DNA from: a virus
Taxonomy: Duplodnaviria; Caudoviricetes
Reading direction: 5' to 3' (one strand)
IMG/VR virus record: IMGVR_UViG_3300042870_001240
DNA: 64,000 nt
The translations under genes were made by a program, and so were the position numbers. Position 1 is the first letter of the stretch. Each line of letters starts with the position of its first letter. The notes under the pieces were generated by a model. That model saw nothing but the letters and a program-made list of their open reading frames with translations, had not been told where the DNA came from and did not search any database. Of this stretch, positions 38,005 through 48,207 are shown in pieces.

Positions 38005-38430
38005 ATGAAATTAATTGGGTTACTTAAAGAAGAAACAAGTAAAAGTCGAATGATGAGACTCCTTAAAGATATGGGGTTTTCTAAGGAGGACGCTGAAGAT
38101 GAATTAGATGAAATAACCCATTATGTTAAAACCTTACCCGAAAAAATTAAATTATACAGAATTTTGGCGGTTGATAGTGAGGATAAAATTAATACTAAAG
38201 AGCTTGGGTGTCACTATTCTACAAGTAGAAAAGATTTGATTAATTCTCATACCTACGTCACAGGTTCAGGTGAAGAACATTATATCGTTACGGTAGTATC
38301 TCCTAAAAGTTTTATAGATGTTAATGAAACAATTGCAAACATAATTTTATATCCAAACGAACAAGAGATTACTTTAAAAAATAAAGGTAGAGGTGTTGAG
38401 GTGGTTTCAGTTAAAAAAATTAAACCTTAA
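38005..38430 (+). CDS. Hypothetical protein (start ATG 38005, MKLIGLLKEE)
   Basis: TATTTAT 5 nt upstream of the ATG. Confidence 0.6.
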   Translation: MKLIGLLKEETSKSRMMRLLKDMGFSKEDAEDELDEITHYVKTLPEKIKLYRILAVDSEDKINTKELGCHYSTSRKDLINSHTYVTGSGEEHYIVTVVSPKSFIDVNETIANIILYPNEQEITLKNKGRGVEVVSVKKIKP

Positions 38431-39107
38431 GAGTCCTTTTCTTTAGATGCGTATTTAACACCCATTATGGTTCCTATAATACTAAACGCATTTGTTAACA
38501 AAATACCAAACATATTTGACCATGTTGACCCAATGATTTGAGTATCTTTATTCATAAATAAAGAAATCATATACATAATTGTGGTAATTACACCAACAGA
38601 CATTATAACGCCTAAAGCGACCTTAACGATTGTTCCAATCAACTCGGTTTGACTTTTCTTTTGTAATAAATCTAAATCATTCATGGCGGCGTGTTTGGCG
38701 TTTTCTGCCTCAAGACGAGCCGATTCGGATTTACTCATAGCTATATGTAACTCTTCACTTATTCTTTGATTATCTTCTTTCCATGCGATTAATTCTCCGT
38801 TCTGAATTTCAATCTGTGTTTTGGTTTCCTCAACACTGGTTAAAGTTTCTTGTAACTCAACCATCATTCTTTGATTTTCTAAATTTAAATCGGATAACTC
38901 TTTATTTTGAGATTGGATTTGTTTTGTCATTTCCAATCTTCTTCGTCTAACTTCCTTGTCTTTAGAAACACAATAATCAATATACTCTTTAAATTCCTTA
39001 TCATCAGAGGTATCAATTACTTTGGCAATATTACCCTCAAGGGTAATATTTTTTGACTTATTTAAATCAATTAATTGTTGTTTACTATTTTTATCAAATA
39101 CTATCAT
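38427..39107 (-). CDS. Coiled-coil protein with two C-terminal TM helices, co-transcribed with the two-component genes
   Basis: Start overlaps the response-regulator stop; long heptad region; two hydrophobic helices. Confidence 0.65.
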   Translation of the reverse strand: MIVFDKNSKQQLIDLNKSKNITLEGNIAKVIDTSDDKEFKEYIDYCVSKDKEVRRRRLEMTKQIQSQNKELSDLNLENQRMMVELQETLTSVEETKTQIEIQNGELIAWKEDNQRISEELHIAMSKSESARLEAENAKHAAMNDLDLLQKKSQTELIGTIVKVALGVIMSVGVITTIMYMISLFMNKDTQIIGSTWSNMFGILLTNAFSIIGTIMGVKYASKEKDS

Positions 39108-39535
39108 TTATATACTTTAAATGGTGCGGTTCTGTTCTTGTAACTTTCGTAATCTTGTCTAAATTCCTCCAATCTTGGTTCTATATCATCAGATTTGATA
39201 ATCCAAAACTGAGCCCCAGCCTGAATGGCTTTAGCTTGTTCTTCAGGTTCATTACTTGAAGATATAATACCGATAACTACGTTATTACCGTATTCAAAGT
39301 TAACCTTACGGATAAGTTCAATACCGTCAAAGGACGAACCGATTATATTTAAATCCACAAACACGCATTCAGGTTTACCGTTTGGGTTCTTTTGCCAATC
39401 GGAAAATAATTTAGCCGCCTCGTCAGAGCTATTTAAACTTTTTAACGACAAAGTAATGTCTAATAAGGAACAACTGTCCTCAAAAACCAAATGGAATAAG
39501 TCCTCGTCATCCACTAACAAAATTGAATCAATCAT
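39104..39535 (-). CDS. Single-domain response regulator (receiver only)
   Basis: LLVDDED, VFVDLN (phospho-Asp), ISSS, IIKS. Confidence 0.88.
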   Translation of the reverse strand: MIDSILLVDDEDLFHLVFEDSCSLLDITLSLKSLNSSDEAAKLFSDWQKNPNGKPECVFVDLNIIGSSFDGIELIRKVNFEYGNNVVIGIISSSNEPEEQAKAIQAGAQFWIIKSDDIEPRLEEFRQDYESYKNRTAPFKVYK

Positions 39536-39548
39536 ATTTTTTCTTTTT

Positions 39549-41480
39549 TTATTTTATTTTTATTTTCATTTTAGTACCAATTTCATTCTTCTCACAAGTA
39601 ATCTTAAACTTATGTTCTTCCAAGATTGCGACACAAATATTTAACCCTAATCCAGTCCCAGATTCTTTTTGTCCTTCTTTTCTTGTATAAGGTTTGGATA
39701 AATAATTAAAATCGTCTTGAGTAATACCTCTACCGTTATCTTGTATGTAAATTGAATCCTCATCACCATATACCTTAACAAACTTTGTTTCGGAGTCGTT
39801 ATATTTTAAACCATTCCTAATTAGATTATCAACTGCGGTACAGAACAACGGTTCATTAAGTTCAATGGTTGGTAAATTATCGTCTAATATCACCTGACTT
39901 ATATAAGCCGTTGATGATAAATAATCTGCAAGAATATTTTTTACATTACATTCGGTCTTGTTTAATACCACATCTTTCTTAACTAGATTGGTAAACTCAT
40001 AAACCCCTTTATAAACTTTTTGTGAGTGTTTAAGACCTTCCTTAATCATTTTAAGTGGTGCCTCAATTTTAAGGTTAGTAATATCTTCTTGGGATAATCT
40101 CCTTTCTAATGAATTAACCCCTCTTGGTATATAAGTATTAATCCCTGAGTGCATATCATGTCTTAATATTTTAGCCGCGTGTTCTAAGTAGGTATTTTTC
40201 TTTTCAATTTCCTTCTTTTGTTCATAAGAAGTAGTAATGTCTGTAGCGATTTTCATAACACGATAAATCTTACCATCAGTACCAATAATAGGATTGTAAG
40301 TCGCCTGTAGATATACTAAAGACCCGTCTTTTTTGACTCTAACAATTTCACCTGAAAATAACTCACCATTATTTAATTTTTCCCAAAAAAGAGAATAGTC
40401 ATCGCTTTTCGAATATTCATCGTCAATAAAAATTCTGTGGTGTTTTCCGACAACCTCATCTTGTGACGAATATCCCATAGTACCTAAAAACAAGTCATTC
40501 GCAAAAATAATGTTACCTTCTAAATCAAATTCAATAACGGCATTAGATTTGTTTATCGCATTCATTCTATTCCGAATCTCCATCTCTTTTTTCTTAAGTT
40601 CCGTAACGTCTTGTCTAATTGATGAAAACCCGTCTAACTTACCATTCTTATCGAATTTTGCTTTGATGAATGTGTCAACGTAATATAATTCTCCTGATTT
40701 TCCTTTATTGGTAACAACGTCATTCCATATTTCACCATTCATTACCGTCTTATACATCTTACCCCAATAACCGTCAGGTTGTAATCCCGAATTAACAATA
40801 ATATGGTCCTTGCCTTTTACTTCGTCTAAAGACCATCCAGAAACTTCCTCAAATTTTTTATTAACGTAGGTTATTTTACCGTATTTATCAGCAACCGAAA
40901 CAATTGCGGCACTATTTAAAAAATTTTCAGTTTCTTTATTTATTCTCAATAAATCATTTCCTTCTTTAACTGAATAAGTAAAACTATAAAGAGATGATAA
41001 TAGTTGTGCAAAATCAACCTCAGAACTATCCCACTCTCTAAGTGTTAGTGACTCAATACAAATTACCCCAATGGTTTCCCCTTTATAAATAATAGGAACA
41101 TCTAACATAGATTTTACCCCAAGAGGTTTTAAATACGTTTCGGTAAAACAAGAAGTCGCTTGGTGTATTTCGGCATCATTTGCAATGATAATTGGGTTTT
41201 CTAATAACGCTAAGAAATAGGATTGGAAATCTTTTTTATAAAGTGTTATGTCTTGATACCAACTGTTTTCAGATTTAATATGTAATTGTTCACATATAAT
41301 TTCAGACTTATCTTCATTGTATAACCATATTGAACACCTATCGGCATTTATTGATTCCGTAACTTCTTTAGTTAATACTTTAGCACCTTCAGTTGTATTA
41401 CCTTCATAAAATAAAGGATTGTGTGATTGGGAGATAAGTACCTTATTTAATTTTTTAGTATAGTCAAGATGTTTTATCAT
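39549..41480 (-). CDS. Cytoplasmic sensor histidine kinase: GAF-PAS-PAS-HisKA-HATPase
   Basis: GAF (ADRCSIWL...LDVPI...GVICIE), two PAS/PAC domains, H-box ILRHDMH, N-box DNLIRNGLKY, QDNGRGI, GTGLGL; no TM helix. Confidence 0.9.
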   Translation of the reverse strand: MIKHLDYTKKLNKVLISQSHNPLFYEGNTTEGAKVLTKEVTESINADRCSIWLYNEDKSEIICEQLHIKSENSWYQDITLYKKDFQSYFLALLENPIIIANDAEIHQATSCFTETYLKPLGVKSMLDVPIIYKGETIGVICIESLTLREWDSSEVDFAQLLSSLYSFTYSVKEGNDLLRINKETENFLNSAAIVSVADKYGKITYVNKKFEEVSGWSLDEVKGKDHIIVNSGLQPDGYWGKMYKTVMNGEIWNDVVTNKGKSGELYYVDTFIKAKFDKNGKLDGFSSIRQDVTELKKKEMEIRNRMNAINKSNAVIEFDLEGNIIFANDLFLGTMGYSSQDEVVGKHHRIFIDDEYSKSDDYSLFWEKLNNGELFSGEIVRVKKDGSLVYLQATYNPIIGTDGKIYRVMKIATDITTSYEQKKEIEKKNTYLEHAAKILRHDMHSGINTYIPRGVNSLERRLSQEDITNLKIEAPLKMIKEGLKHSQKVYKGVYEFTNLVKKDVVLNKTECNVKNILADYLSSTAYISQVILDDNLPTIELNEPLFCTAVDNLIRNGLKYNDSETKFVKVYGDEDSIYIQDNGRGITQDDFNYLSKPYTRKEGQKESGTGLGLNICVAILEEHKFKITCEKNEIGTKMKIKIK

Positions 41481-41544
41481 AATAATAAATATACGTTAAT
41501 ACTTTACTTTTCATTATTATAAAATATTTATAATAAAAAACATT

Positions 41545-42363
41545 ATGACTAAATTAGGTTCAAAGGGAGATGTTGTTAAACAAATCCAACAAAAATTAGG
41601 AATTACCGCTGATGGTAATTTTGGTCCTGGTACAGAAAAATCGGTTAAAGAATGGCAAACCAAAAATGGTTTAACCCCCGATGGTGTCGTAGGACCCTCA
41701 ACTTTAGAAAAAATGGGGATTACTTCTGTCATTAAAGAAGATGTAATCATTCCGTCAGGAGGTCCATTAAGTCTTGAAAAATTAAAGGGTCATATTCCTG
41801 ATTCAGTAATCGCTCAAATCCCCGAGACGGCAATTAAATTTAACATTACAAACAATTTAAGGTTGGCTCATTTCTTGGCACAATGTAGTCATGAATCAGG
41901 GGGGTTTAAAGTGTTCCAAGAGAATTTAAACTATTCTGTTGATGGTCTTAAAAAGATATTCCCAAAATATTTCCCCGGTAATCTTTCAGAATCTTACGCA
42001 AAACAACCTGAAAAAATCGCTTCAAAAGTTTATGGTGGAAGAATGGGTAATGGTGATGAATCAACTAAAGAAGGATATAAGTTTCGTGGCCGCGGTTTTA
42101 TCCAATTAACCGGAAAATCAAATTACACTAACTTTACTAAGTTTATTGGTGAAGATTGTGTGGCAAATCCTGATTTAGTTTCGACAAAATATCCGTTGGC
42201 ATCTGCGGCTTTTTTCTTTAATAATAATAATCTTTGGTCTATTTGTGATAAAGGAGCTTCAGACGATGTTGTAACACAAGTAACAAAAAGAGTTAATGGA
42301 GGTACTATAGGTTTACCTGACAGAATCAAACATTTTAAAGAGTTCTATTCTTTATTATCATAA
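41545..42363 (+). CDS. Endolysin: peptidoglycan-binding domain plus GH19 chitinase-like lysozyme
   Basis: GSKGDVVKQIQQKLGITADGNFGPGT; AQCSHESGGF; GRGFIQLTGKSNY. Confidence 0.9.
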   Translation: MTKLGSKGDVVKQIQQKLGITADGNFGPGTEKSVKEWQTKNGLTPDGVVGPSTLEKMGITSVIKEDVIIPSGGPLSLEKLKGHIPDSVIAQIPETAIKFNITNNLRLAHFLAQCSHESGGFKVFQENLNYSVDGLKKIFPKYFPGNLSESYAKQPEKIASKVYGGRMGNGDESTKEGYKFRGRGFIQLTGKSNYTNFTKFIGEDCVANPDLVSTKYPLASAAFFFNNNNLWSICDKGASDDVVTQVTKRVNGGTIGLPDRIKHFKEFYSLLS

Positions 42364-42389
42364 AAAAACCCCCTACTAAGGGGGTTTTT
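42362..42389. terminator. Bidirectional intrinsic terminator
   Basis: AAAAAAACCCCCTACTAAGGGGGTTTT. Confidence 0.8.
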
Positions 42390-42392
42390 AAT

Positions 42393-43091
42393 TTATAGGA
42401 AAACCAATTCATTAGTTTTTGAGTCCCATTCAATAGATAATGGTTTGTTATAGTAATAATAAGACTCATTAAGAACAGATGCGTTAATGTGGTGAGTATC
42501 ACCATCAAATACATATCCATACCCTGAGTGAATATGCCCACAAACATGAATTTTAGGTTTTACAACTTTAATTCTGTCGGCAAGTAATTCACACCCCAAA
42601 TTTTGAGTTTGGCCAATTACTTTATCAACATACCCCCAAGCAGGTCCATGAGTGATTAAGATATCTGTGTTCATTGGAATTAAATCCCATTTTGATTTAA
42701 GTTCTTCACCATTTCGAGGAAGATTAAACGCCCAATTATGAAACTCAGGTTGCCAAGGACTACCGTAAATTTTAACCATGTCGTCATAATTTTCGCCCAC
42801 CATTAATAACCCATCTTGTAAGTAATCAAACGATTTATACGAATCAATTATTTGCGTAGTTTGCTCAACATTGTCTTGGAATCCCCAATCATGGTTTCCC
42901 GCAATGAACACTTTAGTGTCGTAGTTATCCAAACCGTCAAACCATTTACAGAAGTCTTCGATTTCGTGTTTATAACCCATACTTGACATGTCTCCAGCAT
43001 GAATCAATATGTCTCCACCAGTCAAATGTTTTGTGATTTGATGATGTTTTGAGTGTGTATCAGATATAAAGGTAATTTTTAATTTTCCCAT
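42393..43091 (-). CDS. Metallophosphoesterase (MPPED/239FB-like)
   Basis: ISDTH, HAGD, AGNHD, ITHGP, CGHIH. Confidence 0.88.
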   Translation of the reverse strand: MGKLKITFISDTHSKHHQITKHLTGGDILIHAGDMSSMGYKHEIEDFCKWFDGLDNYDTKVFIAGNHDWGFQDNVEQTTQIIDSYKSFDYLQDGLLMVGENYDDMVKIYGSPWQPEFHNWAFNLPRNGEELKSKWDLIPMNTDILITHGPAWGYVDKVIGQTQNLGCELLADRIKVVKPKIHVCGHIHSGYGYVFDGDTHHINASVLNESYYYYNKPLSIEWDSKTNELVFL

Positions 43092-43232
43092 TGTAGTTTG
43101 TTTTTATTGTACAAAATATACAATCGTTAGTATTATTACGAACCATACGATTAACAATAATAAGTCAATATTTTCTTTTAATTTTTTCATCTTATAAATA
43201 TAGTATTTTTTTTTGATTAATAAAAAAGTTCA

Positions 43233-43868
43233 TCAATCCCACCACCCTTTTATTCCACTTCCATCAAACCATTCATCCCAAAGGTTATCGTTTTTAACGT
43301 CTTTTTCACTTTGAGCATCGTATAGTTTACGATATTCTTCATGATTTTGACCTTTTAGTAATTTAAAAAGTTCTTCCCATTCTTGCCCTTCGATTTCGTA
43401 AGACCTGTTGTATACTTTACGATTATGTTCTTTTTCTTCAGGGGTATCATTATCAACTAAACGACTACATCTTGGGTTGTCTTCAACATCTTCAAATTCC
43501 CAAGGATGATGAACAACTTCACCTAACTCAGACTCTGCCATTTCGATGTACTTATCCTCATTGTAGTTTCGGATTAATTCAATTGCTCTACGCATGGCAA
43601 TAATTTTTTTCATTCTTGGCCCGTCAACCTCATTTCCATATTTTTCTAAATTGTCGGACATATGTACCAATGAAGTTTCCACAAACTGTAACATTGAATG
43701 GTTGTCCCACCAATAATGGTTAAACAATGGTTTTCTAAACCTCCAAACATTCTTAACAAAACGTCCAATGTCTCTTCTGAAAAAATCATATGTTTTATAC
43801 CACCAAGTATTATGTCGTATTAATCTTTTAAGACTATTCCCAAAAGTATCCACAAATTCTATATTCAT
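43233..43868 (-). CDS. Phage hypothetical protein
   Basis: ORF of 211 aa ending GWWD. Confidence 0.7.
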   Translation of the reverse strand: MNIEFVDTFGNSLKRLIRHNTWWYKTYDFFRRDIGRFVKNVWRFRKPLFNHYWWDNHSMLQFVETSLVHMSDNLEKYGNEVDGPRMKKIIAMRRAIELIRNYNEDKYIEMAESELGEVVHHPWEFEDVEDNPRCSRLVDNDTPEEKEHNRKVYNRSYEIEGQEWEELFKLLKGQNHEEYRKLYDAQSEKDVKNDNLWDEWFDGSGIKGWWD

Positions 43869-43872
43869 AACT

Positions 43873-44106
43873 TTAAATTTTATGTATTAATTTAGCAAAA
43901 TTATCAACTATTTCAAAATCCACTTCCGGATTATTATTAACTCTAGCTTCAAAATTATCAAACATTTCTGATAATAATGAGAAATTCTCCACATCTTCTG
44001 GGTGTAGTGGTAGTGAGTTTTGATTCTTCTTTACAATGTTTTCTCCCAGAATTTCATCATAAATTACTATCCAACCTAATTTTGTTTTTTTAATTATTCC
44101 TTTCAT
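43873..44106 (-). CDS. Hypothetical protein
   Basis: ORF in an operon-like run. Confidence 0.6.
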   Translation of the reverse strand: MKGIIKKTKLGWIVIYDEILGENIVKKNQNSLPLHPEDVENFSLLSEMFDNFEARVNNNPEVDFEIVDNFAKLIHKI

Positions 44107-44152
44107 CTCCTAATCATTGAATATTTTATTAAAAAATTTATTTATAATCCAC

Positions 44153-44404
44153 TTACTTAGTTCCCACACAATTATTACTACTAGTACTTTCATAGTTTTT
44201 TCTCAATTCAAACGTTTTGATTTTAACTAATTTACCAAAATTATCGTTTAATTTTTCCTTTCTCTCATCAGGTATTTCATTTTTCCATTTCCTAATGAAT
44301 TGTCTAAATAATTTTTCGGAAGTGCTGATTTGAGATTCTGTTAAACAAGATTCTAACACTTCTATAACCCAAGCGTATTCGTTTTGAACATTAGTGAATT
44401 CCAT
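44153..44404 (-). CDS. Hypothetical protein
   Basis: ORF in an operon-like run. Confidence 0.6.
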   Translation of the reverse strand: MEFTNVQNEYAWVIEVLESCLTESQISTSEKLFRQFIRKWKNEIPDERKEKLNDNFGKLVKIKTFELRKNYESTSSNNCVGTK

Positions 44405-44407
44405 AGT

Positions 44408-44626
44408 TTATTTTTTAAATTGTTGATTAATCTTATTAAGACTTGAAAATAATTGGTTAATATCCAAGTTATTAGGTAATTGTCCTCCGTCTTTTGGAAG
44501 GAGGTTCTTCATATTTGATATAGAGTCAAACATTTTTTTACCGAATTTCTTCCACCAAATATACAACATAATTGTGATAGTTAATAGAACTACGACTAAT
44601 AAAGTTAAGATAATATTTAAAAACAT
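44408..44626 (-). CDS. Small membrane-anchored protein
   Basis: N-terminal TM helix followed by WWKK. Confidence 0.65.
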   Translation of the reverse strand: MFLNIILTLLVVVLLTITIMLYIWWKKFGKKMFDSISNMKNLLPKDGGQLPNNLDINQLFSSLNKINQQFKK

Positions 44627-44670
44627 AATTTTGAGATTTTGATTAATTATAGGATAAAAATCCTAACACA

Positions 44671-44973
44671 TCAATCGGTTATAATTAAATCCAAGAATTT
44701 TTTTATAGTACGTCTTACAATTTTTTCATCGTAATCAGGAAAATCTTCAGATATAAAGTTATATATCTTACTGACTAAGTATTTTTTGTTTTTTTCAACA
44801 ATATGTGCTTTATCGTCAATTAAAACATAGTGCATACCTTTATAAAATTCGTTGTCAATTACCGACACAGGACAATGTCTTCTAAGATACGTTAAAATTT
44901 TTGGGTCGGTATCATCTAGATACTTATCAAGAATATCTTTTTTCTCTTGCTCGGTTATAATTAATCTTCCCAT
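44671..44973 (-). CDS. Hypothetical protein with LIITEQE N-terminal motif
   Basis: MGRLIITEQEKKDILDKY; TATTTAT upstream. Confidence 0.7.
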   Translation of the reverse strand: MGRLIITEQEKKDILDKYLDDTDPKILTYLRRHCPVSVIDNEFYKGMHYVLIDDKAHIVEKNKKYLVSKIYNFISEDFPDYDEKIVRRTIKKFLDLIITD

Positions 44974-45003
44974 ACTCATAAATACACTTATACTTATAAA
45001 GAT

Positions 45004-45276
45004 ATGAGAAATTGTTTAACAGTCCTACTAAATATTGTCTTTCAAAAAGATTTAGAACTACTTTACGGTAAGGGAACTTTAGTTGAGGTTAACGAATTCA
45101 AGTATTGTACCACAACAAAAAACTATATTGTCGATTGTACCTTGAAATTAACCGATATTGTTCTATTTGAGGAAAGTAATGCTGGTGGATTACAATTTTT
45201 AGTCGAGGAGTCTTTAAAATACACAGGATTAGAAAAAAACTCAGTAACACTAATAACTTCATACGATTTAAGATAA
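45004..45276 (+). CDS. Hypothetical protein
   Basis: ORF of 90 aa. Confidence 0.55.
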   Translation: MRNCLTVLLNIVFQKDLELLYGKGTLVEVNEFKYCTTTKNYIVDCTLKLTDIVLFEESNAGGLQFLVEESLKYTGLEKNSVTLITSYDLR

Positions 45277-45339
45277 ATGTGGAAATAATATTTGATTATT
45301 GTTTTGTTTGTTCTTATGTTTATATAAAATTATACAAAA

Positions 45340-45765
45340 ATGAAAAAAATTGAAAACGGTAACACCGTAACAGTTAATTACACAGGTAGATTAGAAGATG
45401 GGTCTGTATTTGACACTTCACTAGTTGAGGGTCGTGAACCATTAACCGCAGTTTTAGGTGAAGGTAAATTAATCAAAGGTTTTGAGATGGGTTTACTTGA
45501 GATGTCTGAAGGCGAAAAGAAAACAGTTGAAATTGAGTCTGTGGATGCTTATGGTCAATACCGAGAGGAATTGATTACCGAAATCCCAAAAACTCAAGTT
45601 CCTGAAGGAGTTCAAGTCGGAGAAACATTACAAGGAATGAGTCCTCAAGGTCCTGTAATCATCAAAATACTTGAGGTTGGTGATGAATTGGTTAAGATTG
45701 ACGCTAATCATCCGTTAGCAGGTAAGAAATTGATTTTTGATTTAGAAGTTGTTAGTGTCTCTTAA
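45340..45765 (+). CDS. slyD: FKBP-type peptidyl-prolyl isomerase, SlyD-like
   Basis: VTVNYTGRLEDGSVFDTS, LIKGFE, AYG, DANHPLAGKKLIFDLEVV. Confidence 0.9.
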   Translation: MKKIENGNTVTVNYTGRLEDGSVFDTSLVEGREPLTAVLGEGKLIKGFEMGLLEMSEGEKKTVEIESVDAYGQYREELITEIPKTQVPEGVQVGETLQGMSPQGPVIIKILEVGDELVKIDANHPLAGKKLIFDLEVVSVS

Positions 45766-45778
45766 TTGAGATACTAAC

Positions 45779-46264
45779 TTATTCTATGATAAATGGGTCA
45801 CCATCACTAATTTCAGGGTCATTGTACTCTATTCTCTCAATATCGCTATCACCATAATCCCTAATATCTCCTTCATGGTCATAATCCCAAAAGTCTTCAG
45901 TAATACGTTTAGATGAGTCATCTTTTAACGATGGTATTGTTACGTAGTGAACCGTATAAGTTTTATACACTGTTTGAGTTTCAATTGTTTCGGCATCAAT
46001 CCTAAATGTTACTGCTCTCTCAATGGAGTTTGAATAATCCCCGTTATTAATGTTACTGTAATTTTCCACACAATAATTTAAGTATTGTATACTATACTCA
46101 TCATCACGTTTAGGTATAGAAAAATATCTGAAAACAACAGTTACACTATCGGGCTCAACACCACTAACACGGTAATTCCTTAATTCCTTTTGTAATTTTA
46201 CAAGGGAATTTTGTGCGACAATGTACTTGACAATCAACATTTCTTTTTTGGTTAACTTATCCAT
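45779..46264 (-). CDS. Hypothetical protein
   Basis: ORF; TATTTAT upstream. Confidence 0.65.
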   Translation of the reverse strand: MDKLTKKEMLIVKYIVAQNSLVKLQKELRNYRVSGVEPDSVTVVFRYFSIPKRDDEYSIQYLNYCVENYSNINNGDYSNSIERAVTFRIDAETIETQTVYKTYTVHYVTIPSLKDDSSKRITEDFWDYDHEGDIRDYGDSDIERIEYNDPEISDGDPFIIE

Positions 46265-46338
46265 ATCTGATAAATATGATATAATTTGATTAATTAAAGT
46301 ATTTCAACTAACTTTATATAAACAATTAAAAAAAAATT

Positions 46339-46671
46339 ATGAACGAAAAAATGAAAACCGTTGTTGACAACGTTAAAAAAGTGTTAAAAAGTATTACTAT
46401 CTATTCCATTATTGGTCTATCTTGTATCGCATCCTTCTTTATTGGGTATTACTACAATAAGATGAATAACAAACCGCAAGAGGTAAAAACAGAGGTAATT
46501 AAAGTTAAACAACGTGATGTTAATTTAGCTATCGACCAAAACAACAACTTAATCATCATTGACATTAAGTCAGGAGATTATACTATTTATGAAGACTCGA
46601 TAGGTAACACAATCTTCTCATTGTATGCAAAAAATGTGTGGGGACAACACACTCAAGTAACTAATCCTTAA
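46339..46671 (+). CDS. Membrane-anchored hypothetical protein
   Basis: TM helix near the N-terminus; directly upstream of the transglycosylase. Confidence 0.65.
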   Translation: MNEKMKTVVDNVKKVLKSITIYSIIGLSCIASFFIGYYYNKMNNKPQEVKTEVIKVKQRDVNLAIDQNNNLIIIDIKSGDYTIYEDSIGNTIFSLYAKNVWGQHTQVTNP

Positions 46672-46682
46672 AAACTAAATCC

Positions 46683-47237
46683 ATGAGTATACAAAAAACA
46701 TTATTAGTTGTCTTATTTTCAATCGCTGTCATAGTTTTACTATGTTCTAACGAATTAAAAAAAGATATTATATATAAGTCTTTTGATAGGATAGATTTTG
46801 GTCATAGTAGTGACATCAACAAACCATCATCAATATTGATGTATGAAAACTTGGAGAAGTATTCTAAAGAATACAAGATTCCAAAACACATTATTTATAA
46901 TATCGCATTTTTAGAAACACGATACGAGGGGCCGTTTGATTGGGGTTACAATCCCGAAAGAACATCCCCCGTTGGTGCGGTTGGTCCAATGCAAGTTATG
47001 CCTTCGACCGCTGATTATATTTGTCATAAAAAAGTATCAGTTAAAAAATTAAAGACGGACATTAGATTTAACATTGAGACGAGTGTCAAATTATTACAAA
47101 TACTATATAAAAAATATGGGAATTGGGAAATAGTTTGTGGTTGTTATAATACGGGTCGACCGATGATTAATGATTACGCACGTTTTTGTGATAAAAATAA
47201 AAACTATCAAAAAAATTGGAAATACCTTAAGTACTAA
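46683..47237 (+). CDS. Soluble lytic transglycosylase (SLT) domain protein with signal anchor
   Basis: FLETRY, GAVGPMQVMPSTA, YNTG. Confidence 0.85.
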   Translation: MSIQKTLLVVLFSIAVIVLLCSNELKKDIIYKSFDRIDFGHSSDINKPSSILMYENLEKYSKEYKIPKHIIYNIAFLETRYEGPFDWGYNPERTSPVGAVGPMQVMPSTADYICHKKVSVKKLKTDIRFNIETSVKLLQILYKKYGNWEIVCGCYNTGRPMINDYARFCDKNKNYQKNWKYLKY

Positions 47238-47623
47238 TCATACATTTTCTTTTCAATTCTAGGGTATTTCTTTTCAAACTTCTTCATCACTTGTCCTGAT
47301 ATTGCATTAGCCTCATCTTCATTTTGACCACCAATATCTGGACCTCGTCTTCTATTTAAAACTTTCATCTGATATTCATGGGTCCATTCGTGAGCAAGTG
47401 TTCGTAAAATATCTCGGTTAATTCGACCTTTAGTTAAAACTCGTAATTCACCATCATGAGTTCTTGACCCTGTTGTCATTTCACCAATCCTGTCACCCAA
47501 AAAAACTATTGTTACGTCTTTTTTTAGGGGATATTCTTTTTGGAGAAATTTAATAAAGTTATTATAGAACTTATATTCGTCCTTTTCAATCCCTGAATTT
47601 CTGTGTATAACGGTAACTTTCAT
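47234..47623 (-). CDS. Small HExxH zincin-like protein (start ATG 47623)
   Basis: RTLAHEWTHEYQ...EDEANA. Confidence 0.65.
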   Translation of the reverse strand: MKVTVIHRNSGIEKDEYKFYNNFIKFLQKEYPLKKDVTIVFLGDRIGEMTTGSRTHDGELRVLTKGRINRDILRTLAHEWTHEYQMKVLNRRRGPDIGGQNEDEANAISGQVMKKFEKKYPRIEKKMYD

Positions 47624-47672
47624 ATTATTATAAATATAGTAGACTAAGGTATAATTACACAAAATTTACTCA

Positions 47673-48206
47673 TTAGTTGTTTTTTAAATATTCTGTAAAC
47701 GTTTGACAAACTTTATCTTTATCAGAGATTAATAACTCATCAACATTTAAATTAGTAATACATTCAATTATTTCAGGAACTGAACTCCATAGGATAGACC
47801 CTTCATCAGGTTGTGAATATTTCTCATCCACCAAATACTGAACAACCGTATTATCCTCGGTAGTTATAAATCCATGAGCAAATCCTTTTGGGACATATAA
47901 TTCATATCCCGAATTTACTTCGTATATAAAACATTTACCGTAGTCTTCAGAATCTTTACGTAAATCAACAACAAAATCAATAATGTTACCCGTAATAACT
48001 TTAACTAACTTAGTTTGAGCATATTCCCCCGATTGATAGTGTAATCCTCTAAGAGTATATTTCTTAGGGTTTACACTAATATTACTTTGTAACCATTCCT
48101 TAATTAAATAAAGGTGATTCCCATCTTTAAATTTAAGAGGTAAGGGGGCAAATGTCCCCCTATTATCTTTGAATACGGGGTCGTATATTAATAAACTTTT
48201 TTCCAT
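47673..48206 (-). CDS. rfbC: dTDP-4-dehydrorhamnose 3,5-epimerase
   Basis: DNRGTF, LRGLHYQ, KLVKVITG, YVPKGFAHGF, S.KD. Confidence 0.92.
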   Translation of the reverse strand: MEKSLLIYDPVFKDNRGTFAPLPLKFKDGNHLYLIKEWLQSNISVNPKKYTLRGLHYQSGEYAQTKLVKVITGNIIDFVVDLRKDSEDYGKCFIYEVNSGYELYVPKGFAHGFITTEDNTVVQYLVDEKYSQPDEGSILWSSVPEIIECITNLNVDELLISDKDKVCQTFTEYLKNN

Positions 48207-48207
48207 T

